From positions 372,001-436,000 of the forward strand of contig JAQOWU010000008.1 of the NCBI GenBank assembly GCA_030867685.1: a stretch of 64,000 nt of DNA, in the 5' to 3' direction. How positions within the stretch are numbered: position 1 is the first letter of the stretch; each line of letters starts with the position of its first letter. Of this stretch, positions 42,831 through 52,276 are shown one piece after another. Source of the DNA: Wickerhamiella versatilis (taxonomy: Eukaryota). Both the position numbers and the translations under genes were made by a program. The notes under the pieces are model-generated. The model had not been told where the DNA came from, searched no databases, and saw only the letters and a list, made by a program, of their open reading frames with translations.

Positions 42831-45800
42831 ATGTCCACCGGAGTAACGACACCTGTTTCGGCAGCCTCCCTGAGGCCGCTGACACTGGCAGTCGATAGTT
42901 TGGAGCATGTAATACCCGTTCCGACTGCTCTATTCAGTAGCGGTGTAGCGCTACGTGATAGATTTCTTCGTGACGTTGCAGCGGACAAAGAGGACGAAAC
43001 AACGGCTTCCTTTGAGTCGACTGATGAACTCATGGCAGCATTTCTGGGCAAGATTGCTGAGCTTTCCGAAGAGGCTGATGATCCGAGCATTGTAGATTTT
43101 TTGGAAGTTGTGCTGTCGGAATTTGAAACACGCTTCCTGTGTGGAAACGACGTACACACGCTTGCCGCCTCTCTCGAGAATCCAGATGCCGTGGTGCGCA
43201 GTTATTTCCTTGCCCGTCAAGTGGCTAACAAGCCCATAAGGGCCCATGCGTCGGCGCTACTGCGTACTGTTGAGGAGGGCCATGCCAAGATTGCAGCGAT
43301 CTTCGGCGGTCAAGGTACATCAGAGGAGTATTTTGATGAGCTTAGTTCGGTGTACAATACATACGGTGGCATGGTACGCCCTCTAATTGCTAAGGCATCC
43401 AAACTCCTCCAAAACCTTGTTGTTTCGACCCCAACAGCGTCCAAGGTGTATACTGAGGGCTTGGATCCTTTGAGTTGGATTGAAAAGCCAGAGACTCGGC
43501 CTAGTAATGATTATCTGGTTATGGCGCCTGTCAGTGTTCCAGTGATAGGTATTATCCAGCTAGTACACTTTGAGGTAACTTGCCGAGTCCTTGGTCTCAC
43601 ACCTGGTCAGCTTCGAAAGTTCGTCTCTGGTGCCACTGGTCATTCTCAAGGTCTAGTCGTTGCATTGGCGATTGCTGCCGCGGATTCCTGGACCGACTAT
43701 GACACAGTAGCAACAAAGGCCTTGAAGACATTGTTCTTTATTGGTTTCCGCTGCCAGCAGGCCTTCCCCATCACCTCACTTTTACCGTCTGTACTCAAGG
43801 ATTCCATTGATAATAATGAAGGGGCACCGACCCCCATGCTCGCTGTTCGCGACCTTAGTCTGGAAAGGGTGCAGAAATTTATCGACCAGACGAATAAATT
43901 TTTGCCGAGCGACCAGCACATAGCTATCAGTCTGATTAATGGTCCTCGCTCATTCGTTATAAGTGGACCACCAATGTCTTTGTATGGCTTCAACAGAGCT
44001 GTTCGGAAGATCAAGGGCCCCGTAGAGCCGCGAACTCCATATAGTCAAAGGCCGGCGAAGGTAACCAACCGCTTCCTCCCCATCACCGTGCCTTTCCACT
44101 CGTACTTACTCAAGAGTCGCACGCAGCAGATAGTTGATGATGTTCTTGCTCATGATGCCGCGTTCAAGACTTCTGACTTAAGTTTCGCAGTCTATGACAC
44201 ATTCCGCGGTAAGGACTTGCGTGAGTCTGAGAGCGTAGATGCCCTTACGTTTGAGTTGATCAAGCTCATTACTGAAGAGCCGGTGCATTGGGTCACAGCT
44301 ACAGAATTTGATAGTGACCTAACTCATATTCTCGATTTTGGCCCTGGTGGCACATCTGGTATGGCCTTGCTAACTCATCGCATCAAAGACGGACGTGGTG
44401 TTCGCGTAATTGTCGCAGGAGTCACAAATGGTCATCCTATTTATGATGAATTGGGATACAAGCAAGAAATTTTCGACCGCAGCTGGAATAGTGTCTGCTA
44501 TGGCGTGGACTGGGTGAAATCTTTCGGTCCGCGACTAGCCAAAACACAAAAGGGTGACGTGATTGTCGACACAAAGTTCAGCCGTCTGCTCGGACGTCCA
44601 CCTATCATGGTGCCTGCAATGACCCCTTGTACTGTCAAACCAGAAGTTGTCGCAGCAACCTTGAATTCAGGGTACCATATCGAATTGGCTGGAGGTGGTT
44701 ACTTCCTTCCTGGTCAAATGCGCACTGCTTTGGAACGTGTTAGGGAGTTGACTCCTCCTGGGGTTGGTATCTCCATAAACGTACTTTATGTCAATCCAAT
44801 GATGCTTCAATGGGCAATCCCATTGGTGAGACAGCTGCGTTCGGAAGGATTCCCTATCGAGGGTATGTCTGTAGGTGCCGGTGTACCAAGTTTGGATGTC
44901 GCCAATGAGTATATCCGCACCCTTGGCTTGAAACATCTGAGTTTCAAGCCAGGAACAGTGGAAAGCATTCGCCAATCTGTTCAGATAGCTGCTGCCAATC
45001 CTGATTTCCCTGTTTTGATCCAATGGACTGGTGGACGTGGTGGTGGTCATCATAGTTACGAGGATTTCCATCAACCTATTTTGAGTACTTACAGTCAAAT
45101 CAGGAAGCAGGGTAATATTATTTTGGTCGCAGGATCTGGTTTTGGTGATGCAGAGGGTACGTATCCATATCTCACTGGTGAGTGGTCCACGAAATACGGC
45201 TACCCGCCCATGCCTTTTGATGGCTTCCTTATGGGTTCACGCACCATGGTTGCGAAGGAATTCTTTACATCTTATGATGCGAAACAAGCAATTGTTGCTG
45301 CACCAGGTGTCCCTGATTCTCAGTGGGAAGGAACGTACAAGAAGCCTACCGGTGGTATCTTGACAGTGATGTCTGAGATGGGTGAGCCCATCCACAAACT
45401 GGCTACCCGCGGTGTACTCCTCTGGAAGGACCTTGATGATACAATTTTCTCTTTGCCTCGTAACAAGCGCGTTGCTGCGTTGGCTGCGAGGAAACCAACA
45501 ATCATTAAGCGGCTCAACGATGATTTCCAGAAGCCTTGGTTTGGTCGTAAGTCAGATGGACGAGTAGTAGATCTTGACGACATGACATATCTCGAAATCG
45601 TAGAGCGTATGGTTTCTCTTATGTTTGTTAAATCACAGAATCGTTGGATAGATGTAAGCCTGCGTGACCTGACGGCGAAATTCGTTCGTCGTCTTGAAGA
45701 GCGTCTGGCAAGCGGAGTCCGCTCATCTGTCCTTCAATCTGCTGTGCAATTGGATTCTCCTGAAGAGTTTATTAAGACACTAGTGAAGGAATACCCCACT

Positions 45801-48800
45801 GCGGCAACACAAGTTGTAAATGCTCAAGATAAGGATTACTTCTTGAACATTTGTCTTGAACGCAATCATAAGCCTGTCCCCTTTGTACCAGCACTTGATG
45901 AAAACTTCGAGTACTACTTCAAGAAGGATTCTCTCTGGCAGTCTGAGGACCTAGATGCGGTAATTGGAAAAGATGTGGGTCGTACTTGTATCTTGCAAGG
46001 TCCTGTTGCTGCTAAATTCAGTGATAAGGTAAACGAACCAATTGGTGAAATGCTGGACAGAATCCATAATGGCCACATTCAACGCCTGGAAGCGGATGGC
46101 ATCAAACCTTCAGAAGTCGAATGCTTTGGAAGCCCCGAAGGGTCACATGATGATATTGAGTTCCTTTACCCTAGCGTACGTGTCTTGCGCGATGGCGATA
46201 CTAGAACACTTTCTATCGACGAGGTTGGAGCTGTTCCAGCTTTGAAGGATTGGCTCACGGCAATTGCTGGTAATCATGGCTGGATGAAGGCGCTTCTTCT
46301 ATCCTCGCGTATAACGCAGGATAAGAAGCAAATCCCTAATGCTCTCCAAGAAGTTTTTGAACCTGTACGTGGCATCTCTGTTCGTACCACTCCTTCCTCT
46401 ATCGAATTGGTCGATGGAAAGTCTGTGGTTGTTTCCGTATCTTACGAAAACCCAAATATTTCCGTATCGCTCAGTGCTCCTGGTGCACAAGGCAAAACCT
46501 ATTACTTGCCGCTTAAGTATGTCTATCATCCTGAGACAGGATATGCTCCTATTTCTGAATCCACAGAGGGCAGGAATAACCGGATCAAGGAGTTCTATTG
46601 GCAGCTTTGGTTCGGTAGTCTTGACGGTGTAGAGGCAGCGCTTGGCACCAAGGATCTAACTTCGTCATGGGAGTCGGACGAACCGGTCCGCATAACTCGT
46701 CAGTCAATACTCGACTTTGTCCACGCCGTGAACAATAGAGGCGAAGCCTACATAGACCTGCCCAATCGCTCGAAGGTCCAAGCTCCTATGGACTTTGCCA
46801 TTGTCTTGGGCTGGAAGGCAATCATCCGGGCAATTTTCCCCGAGCTTGTGGATGGTGACTTGCTCAAGCTTGTTCATCTTTCCAATGGCTTTAATATGCG
46901 GACTGGCGTAGAGTCGCTTTCTGAGGGAGACGAGGTATCCACGACCGCTCGTATTACCTCGGTCTCCATTGCTCCGGCAGGAAAGACCATTACGGTCACT
47001 GGCACTTTATTGCGCAATGGAGAGGCAGTAATGGATGTCAACTCGCAGTTTTTGTACCGTGGAAACTTTACTGACTATGAGTCTACATTCCGTATTATGG
47101 AAGAGCAACCAGTCCAGTTGAAGTTGGAGACTGCTAAAGATGTGGCGATTCTACGTTCCAAAGAATGGTTCCATCCGTCCACTGAGGATTTGATTGGCAA
47201 GAAACTGACAGTGCGATGCCGTTCAACTGTCCATTATAAGACAGCCAACAAATTTAGAGAGATTGAAACTACTGGTGAAGTTCTCCATGTCTTGCCTACC
47301 AAGGAAGTCATTGAGGTGGGCCGTGTCTCTTATACTGCTGGTGAAAGTGTTGGGAATCCAGTTGTTGACTACCTTGAGCGCGTTGGAAAGCCCATCGAAC
47401 AGCCTGTTGCGTTTGAACGACCCATTCCATTGAGTGTGGAGCCATTGGTAACCCGAGCTCCTGCATCAAATGAGCTCTACGCATCTGTTTCGGGTGATTA
47501 TAACCCTATCCATGTGTCCCGTGCATTTGCGAACTACGTTGGTCTCCCTGGTACTATTACGCATGGAATGTATAGCTCAGCTTCCGTACGTGCGTTGGTC
47601 GAGGTTTGGGCCGCGGAAAACCATAATGAACGTGTACGTGCTTTTACTTGCCAGTTCGTTGGTATGGTATTGCCAAACGATGTATTACAGACCTATCTCG
47701 AGCACTGGGGTATGGTCGCTGGACGAAAGATTATAAAAATACGTACAGTGAAGAAGTTGGCAGACGGTGGCGACGAACCAGTTTTGACAGGGGAAGCTGA
47801 AGTTGAGCAGCCTACCACTGCTTATGTCTTCACAGGACAGGGTTCCCAGGAACAAGGAATGGGTATGGAGCTCTATAATTCTTCTGAGGTTGCTCGTGAA
47901 GTTTGGGATCGCGCTGACCGTCACTTTGTATCAAGCTATGGCATTTCAATCCTGGACATCGTGCGTAATAACCCTAAAGAGCTCACAGTGCACTTTGGTG
48001 GTGCCCAGGGTAAGCGCATCCGCGATAACTATAAGAGTATGGTGTTCGAGACTATTGACGATGCTACTGGTGAAATCAAATCAGAGCGCATCTTCAAATC
48101 CATCACAGATGAGACCGACTCTTACACTTACGTCTCGGATACTGGAGTTCTTAGTATGACACAATTTACACAGCCAGCCCTCACACTTCTGGAGAAGGCA
48201 GCATTTGAGGACATGCGATCCCGTGGACTTGTTGATTCGATGAGCTGTTTCGCAGGACATTCTCTCGGAGAATACAGTGCTTTAGCATCGATGGCTGATG
48301 TCATGTCCATTGAGAGTCTGGTTGATGTTGTATTCTATCGGGGTATGACAATGCAGGTTGCTGTGCCGCGAGACTCACAGGGGCGCTCTAACTATAGTAT
48401 GTGTGCTGTGAATCCAAGCCGTGTCTCGCCAACTTTCAGTGAGGAGGCTCTTCGTCTGGTTGTAAGTGAATGCTCACGTGTGACTGGTTGGTTGCTTGAA
48501 ATTGTGAATTTCAATGTTGCTAATCAGCAATACGTGACTGCTGGTGATCTACGGGGTTTGGATACTCTCACAAATGTCCTCAATGTGATCAAACTCCAAA
48601 AGATCGACATTGACAAGCTTCAACAGCTTATGAGTTTGGACGAAGTAAAGGCCCATTTGAGTGAAATCATCCAAGAGTGCGCAGCTAAGTCTGTCGCAAA
48701 ACCTCAGCCAATTGCTCTAGAGCGCGGCTTTGCTGTTATTCCTCTCCCCGGTATTTCAGTCCCCTTCCATTCTAGTTATTTGCGCTCAGGGGTTAAACCC

Positions 48801-48995
48801 TTTAAGACATTCCTTGCGAAGCGTGTCCCGAGAAATGCGGTCAAACCGGCGGCTTTGGTATCGAAGTACATCCCTAATCTCACTGCGAAACCTTTTGAAG
48901 TCACTAAAGAGTATTTCCAGGAGGTCTATGATCTCACGAAGTCCGATGAGATCAAACGCATTCTCGACAATTGGGATGAGATCACTGGTCAATAA
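42831..48995 (+). CDS. FAS1: Fatty acid synthase beta subunit (AT-ER-DH-MPT)
   Basis: FGGQG, GHSQG (AT), QWTGGRGGGHHS (ER), SGDYNPIH..GTITHGMY (DH), FTGQGSQ and GHSLGEY (MPT). ATG at 42831. Confidence 0.98.
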   Translation: MSTGVTTPVSAASLRPLTLAVDSLEHVIPVPTALFSSGVALRDRFLRDVAADKEDETTASFESTDELMAAFLGKIAELSEEADDPSIVDFLEVVLSEFETRFLCGNDVHTLAASLENPDAVVRSYFLARQVANKPIRAHASALLRTVEEGHAKIAAIFGGQGTSEEYFDELSSVYNTYGGMVRPLIAKASKLLQNLVVSTPTASKVYTEGLDPLSWIEKPETRPSNDYLVMAPVSVPVIGIIQLVHFEVTCRVLGLTPGQLRKFVSGATGHSQGLVVALAIAAADSWTDYDTVATKALKTLFFIGFRCQQAFPITSLLPSVLKDSIDNNEGAPTPMLAVRDLSLERVQKFIDQTNKFLPSDQHIAISLINGPRSFVISGPPMSLYGFNRAVRKIKGPVEPRTPYSQRPAKVTNRFLPITVPFHSYLLKSRTQQIVDDVLAHDAAFKTSDLSFAVYDTFRGKDLRESESVDALTFELIKLITEEPVHWVTATEFDSDLTHILDFGPGGTSGMALLTHRIKDGRGVRVIVAGVTNGHPIYDELGYKQEIFDRSWNSVCYGVDWVKSFGPRLAKTQKGDVIVDTKFSRLLGRPPIMVPAMTPCTVKPEVVAATLNSGYHIELAGGGYFLPGQMRTALERVRELTPPGVGISINVLYVNPMMLQWAIPLVRQLRSEGFPIEGMSVGAGVPSLDVANEYIRTLGLKHLSFKPGTVESIRQSVQIAAANPDFPVLIQWTGGRGGGHHSYEDFHQPILSTYSQIRKQGNIILVAGSGFGDAEGTYPYLTGEWSTKYGYPPMPFDGFLMGSRTMVAKEFFTSYDAKQAIVAAPGVPDSQWEGTYKKPTGGILTVMSEMGEPIHKLATRGVLLWKDLDDTIFSLPRNKRVAALAARKPTIIKRLNDDFQKPWFGRKSDGRVVDLDDMTYLEIVERMVSLMFVKSQNRWIDVSLRDLTAKFVRRLEERLASGVRSSVLQSAVQLDSPEEFIKTLVKEYPTAATQVVNAQDKDYFLNICLERNHKPVPFVPALDENFEYYFKKDSLWQSEDLDAVIGKDVGRTCILQGPVAAKFSDKVNEPIGEMLDRIHNGHIQRLEADGIKPSEVECFGSPEGSHDDIEFLYPSVRVLRDGDTRTLSIDEVGAVPALKDWLTAIAGNHGWMKALLLSSRITQDKKQIPNALQEVFEPVRGISVRTTPSSIELVDGKSVVVSVSYENPNISVSLSAPGAQGKTYYLPLKYVYHPETGYAPISESTEGRNNRIKEFYWQLWFGSLDGVEAALGTKDLTSSWESDEPVRITRQSILDFVHAVNNRGEAYIDLPNRSKVQAPMDFAIVLGWKAIIRAIFPELVDGDLLKLVHLSNGFNMRTGVESLSEGDEVSTTARITSVSIAPAGKTITVTGTLLRNGEAVMDVNSQFLYRGNFTDYESTFRIMEEQPVQLKLETAKDVAILRSKEWFHPSTEDLIGKKLTVRCRSTVHYKTANKFREIETTGEVLHVLPTKEVIEVGRVSYTAGESVGNPVVDYLERVGKPIEQPVAFERPIPLSVEPLVTRAPASNELYASVSGDYNPIHVSRAFANYVGLPGTITHGMYSSASVRALVEVWAAENHNERVRAFTCQFVGMVLPNDVLQTYLEHWGMVAGRKIIKIRTVKKLADGGDEPVLTGEAEVEQPTTAYVFTGQGSQEQGMGMELYNSSEVAREVWDRADRHFVSSYGISILDIVRNNPKELTVHFGGAQGKRIRDNYKSMVFETIDDATGEIKSERIFKSITDETDSYTYVSDTGVLSMTQFTQPALTLLEKAAFEDMRSRGLVDSMSCFAGHSLGEYSALASMADVMSIESLVDVVFYRGMTMQVAVPRDSQGRSNYSMCAVNPSRVSPTFSEEALRLVVSECSRVTGWLLEIVNFNVANQQYVTAGDLRGLDTLTNVLNVIKLQKIDIDKLQQLMSLDEVKAHLSEIIQECAAKSVAKPQPIALERGFAVIPLPGISVPFHSSYLRSGVKPFKTFLAKRVPRNAVKPAALVSKYIPNLTAKPFEVTKEYFQEVYDLTKSDEIKRILDNWDEITGQ

Positions 48996-49399
48996 TCTTA
49001 AAGCTGCTAACCTACTACTTTCTAGCGTTATATCTCAAGGATAGCTTAATATAAATTTTCAGTGTAAAATTCTGAAATATGGATATATTTAAGGGCATTC
49101 GATCTTAGTCAATACTCGGTTTGATGTGTCACCACTGAAAAGCGATTCTAGGTATGTTGATCTAGCTGAACCAGGCATACTCTGACTAGTCTAGTCTTTT
49201 TCTACTTACATTTGGCCAGTCTCATATTCCTGGGTAGTGAACTATCATCTATAGGACCTGTCACTACAAAATCCTTTTAGCACCTCTTTCACTGACGTAA
49301 AATCTACTTATCAGTCAAAATTAGCCTTACTAATATAATCATATTTCAAGCGGTTCGTAAGGGTACCACGGATATTACATCATTTCAAGGAATTTCCAA

Positions 49400-49837
49400 A
49401 TGGCCAGTCGTGAGGAATGCTTGGAACTGTGGCATCATATTGACATAGTAGTTACTCGACTGGAGAAGCTATCTACTAATCTACACAATGCAGTAATCTT
49501 GTACTACGCGGACAGTGTTAGAAGCTGCAATGCTGCCCCACCAGACAGTGGGTCGGTCGTGCATCAATGCGTAAAAATTGTGTTCGAGGCGAGCAATCTC
49601 AGTATAAATTTGCGTGATCAGCTTTCAACACTAAATATGCTAGAAAGACTAGCTATGGATCATGTTAGGAACCCAAGTGGTTGCGATCGTGATGCCCAGT
49701 CGCTCCGAGAAGTCCTAGGCTGTCTTGAAGGATTTCTCTTGCTAACGAATAGGCTTCTCGGAGATCCCTGGCTATCGATAGATGCGCTAGCAGCAGCATC
49801 TATCAGAATGCAAGTGTTGTCTCGATTGCCACTGTGA
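49400..49837 (+). CDS. Hypothetical 145-aa helical protein
   Basis: ATG ORF with a good context (ccaaATGG) occupying a gap, with amphipathic-helix periodicity. No family recognised. Confidence 0.55.
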   Translation: MASREECLELWHHIDIVVTRLEKLSTNLHNAVILYYADSVRSCNAAPPDSGSVVHQCVKIVFEASNLSINLRDQLSTLNMLERLAMDHVRNPSGCDRDAQSLREVLGCLEGFLLLTNRLLGDPWLSIDALAAASIRMQVLSRLPL

Positions 49838-50097
49838 CGAACATGAACGTTACACTATAAAACAAAACTCAGGCTCAGGTGTAATTACTACTATCTGGCA
49901 GCATGGATTTAATCGTATTCCACGACGAAGAGCATGGTGCAAGCAGCGGAGCCAAGATGCAGGTGGCCGTTTAAAAAAGAAAAGCCTCTTGATACAATTC
50001 TCAGCCACTGGTCACAAGCAGCACGCAAGCTAGTGGTCATGTGAACGGCAGGAAGAGGTGAAACATCATAACAAAAATCTTAGAAGCCAGCCATTCT

Positions 50098-51702
50098 TCA
50101 TCTCTTGGGGGGCTTCTTATAATAATATTGCTTGTGGCTCCTGCGGCAGCTCCGAAGGGTTCTATGACCCTTGGCATCCTCAACTAGCTCACGGCGGACT
50201 TGGTTCGGATCATTCTCAATCATATAGTAGTATTCAGCTTCAAGTGGCTTTCCTAGAGCATCTTTGCCCTCACGAGGAATTATTCCAACAGACGGAGTCT
50301 CAGCTAAAATGCGTTCGACTTCAACGCGTGGAATACGCTGCAAGTTCCTAGAGGAGTCGATGATATCTGAAAGGGGAGTTGAAGTTAAGCGAGAGAATGC
50401 AACATGGTTAATAACAATGTTGCGAACTTCTTCATCATTATGGGATGGCGTAACCTTCTTTACTGGTGATGGAGGGAGGAGAGTGAGTGCCTCGGAACGA
50501 TGACGCTTGTGAGAACGCTTGTGTTTGTGTGCTGCGACCTGATCGCTAGAGGCAGGCTGCTCTTCTTCCTTACTTACAAGAGGACTTCCATGGATCTCCT
50601 CGTTGGATCCCGAGGGTTGAGGTAGAGTACTTTCAGCCTCATTGGTCTCTTGCATTACCGTATCCACTGGATTTGAAGACAAAATAGACTCATTTAGTGA
50701 AGTCTTTCCCGATTCGTCTTGGCTTTCCGATATGGATTCTTTGACTTGACCAAGAAGCTTCGGATGCGCTTGTTCAGTATTATTATTATTATTCAATTTT
50801 CCGGGCGAGCTAGCATTCTCAATACTTACCTGATCACTTGAATTTGTCGGTCTGTTTTCTTGCTCCTTATTGCTAGAGTCCGGAGTAATCTCTACGGCTT
50901 TCTCTGGAGATATCCCAATGGGCTCAGTAATTTCTAGGTTTGAAGAACTCTTCAAATCAGGTTCAGTTGACGTGACTGTCTCGTTTTCAGGCCTCTCTTC
51001 AGGCGGTGCTGGTGAGTTATGAAGAGACTCGAGTACATCTGCTGCAAACTTTTCAGCTGCTGACGATGAAGGCATCATCATTTGAGCTGGAGACGAGGGA
51101 ACATCAAAGTTTTGTTCTGCGTTTTCGTCATAAGAAAGATCTTCTGTAAGATCAGAATCTGTGCTAGGTTCGTATTCAATCAAAGCTCGATCTCCAGCTA
51201 CTTCTAGAAAAATACCATCAACTTTTTCTATCCAAATCTGCTGGTTGAAGACAACATCGTAGCTCTCGGGCTCGCCATTGCTGCCAGGCACGTACACAAC
51301 AAGCCCATTGTAACCTAAGCATTCAATAACAACAAAATCACCTTTTGCATACCATATTTTAGCATGAACTCGAGAGGCAAGTTTATTTGTAGCCTTCAAG
51401 GCAAAGTTGCTTGATTTTGAGCTACGGCCAATTGTAACGGGCTGTCCGGTGAGCGGCAAGCGAATAACAAGCATTTGTTGAAGGGGAGGACGCGCCAGCT
51501 CATTTGACTTCTTTTTCACTGGAGTAGAAGGAGCTGAAGAAGAATGAACGCCAACTGAAGAGGTAGGTGCCGGTGAGGGATAGGCCACTGCATCGCGAAA
51601 GATTTCTATTTCTTTACCACCATCGAAACCAGGAAGCAGGCCCTGTGTGCTTTTCGCGTTCTTCAGTACTCTACGCGAGGGCGACGACGACAGTTGGTGC
51701 AT
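50098..51702 (-). CDS. TOS4: FHA-domain G1/S transcription regulator Tos4/Plm2
   Basis: YPSP.PTSS, FHA domain (IGRSS.S...SRVHA...CLGYNG), C-terminal NHVAFSRL.STP...I.REGKDA.GKPLE.EYYY...D...LRSCRR.HKQY. Confidence 0.85.
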   Translation of the reverse strand: MHQLSSSPSRRVLKNAKSTQGLLPGFDGGKEIEIFRDAVAYPSPAPTSSVGVHSSSAPSTPVKKKSNELARPPLQQMLVIRLPLTGQPVTIGRSSKSSNFALKATNKLASRVHAKIWYAKGDFVVIECLGYNGLVVYVPGSNGEPESYDVVFNQQIWIEKVDGIFLEVAGDRALIEYEPSTDSDLTEDLSYDENAEQNFDVPSSPAQMMMPSSSAAEKFAADVLESLHNSPAPPEERPENETVTSTEPDLKSSSNLEITEPIGISPEKAVEITPDSSNKEQENRPTNSSDQVSIENASSPGKLNNNNNTEQAHPKLLGQVKESISESQDESGKTSLNESILSSNPVDTVMQETNEAESTLPQPSGSNEEIHGSPLVSKEEEQPASSDQVAAHKHKRSHKRHRSEALTLLPPSPVKKVTPSHNDEEVRNIVINHVAFSRLTSTPLSDIIDSSRNLQRIPRVEVERILAETPSVGIIPREGKDALGKPLEAEYYYMIENDPNQVRRELVEDAKGHRTLRSCRRSHKQYYYKKPPKR

Positions 51703-51862
51703 CCTGGACGCGGTGGGAGCTCTGAGCAGGTGAAGTAATATTTGTATGAGGCTGCTTATATTAGGGTTCTGAGGTAAAAACCACGTAGAGTGCCATTTTC
51801 AAATGAGAATCTAGCTGATAGAGAGCGCTTTTTTAAATATTTTGCCATTAAATATAAAAAAC

Positions 51863-51938
51863 ACGCGTACAAGTATGATTGCGGTCTCGCGTCTCGGAAT
51901 GTGGGTTAAGGGTAATGTATGTCATCTGCAGCACGCGT
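51863..51938. promoter_or_regulatory. MCB cluster upstream of TOS4
   Basis: ACGCGT 51863-51868, TCGCGT 51887-51892, ACGCGT 51933-51938, plus ACGCGG 51708-51713. TOS4 is a known G1/S gene. Confidence 0.7.
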
Positions 51939-52276
51939 CATACGACCCGTATACCAAGATTCACAGGCATGGAAAGAGGTTAAATATCAAAATAATTATG
52001 GTACTGATGTCAATAGTCTTAAAATTGGTAAAAAATGGGAGCTCTGTATGATGTTTTGTCGGTAGACATTTACAAGTGTTAATTGGCCTTCTCAGGTAAA
52101 GAACTCGCCAGTTGCCTTGATATACAAGAAGCAAGATAATTTGACTACAAAAATCATGCTAACAGTCATGTTACTCTTTTTATTCTATTTACAACACTAA
52201 AAAAGAGAAAACACACCAATAAATAAGATTATTAATAAATGTGGGACCTTGTGGGTCAGGTACCACTGATAATGAA

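Noticed and set aside
13854-48992. Long antisense or alternate-frame ORFs inside NUO51, PRS1, SIR2, PKC1 and FAS1 (e.g. 13854-14498, 26451-26891, 35531-36031, 44667-45098)
   Set aside because: They are shadow ORFs of conserved, codon-biased genes, mostly with non-ATG starts and no recognisable motifs.
50004-50037. Hairpin GCCACTGGT...GCTAGTGGT in the orphan/TOS4 convergent spacer
   Set aside because: Only 9 bp with three G-U pairs and no snoRNA or tRNA boxes; within chance expectation.
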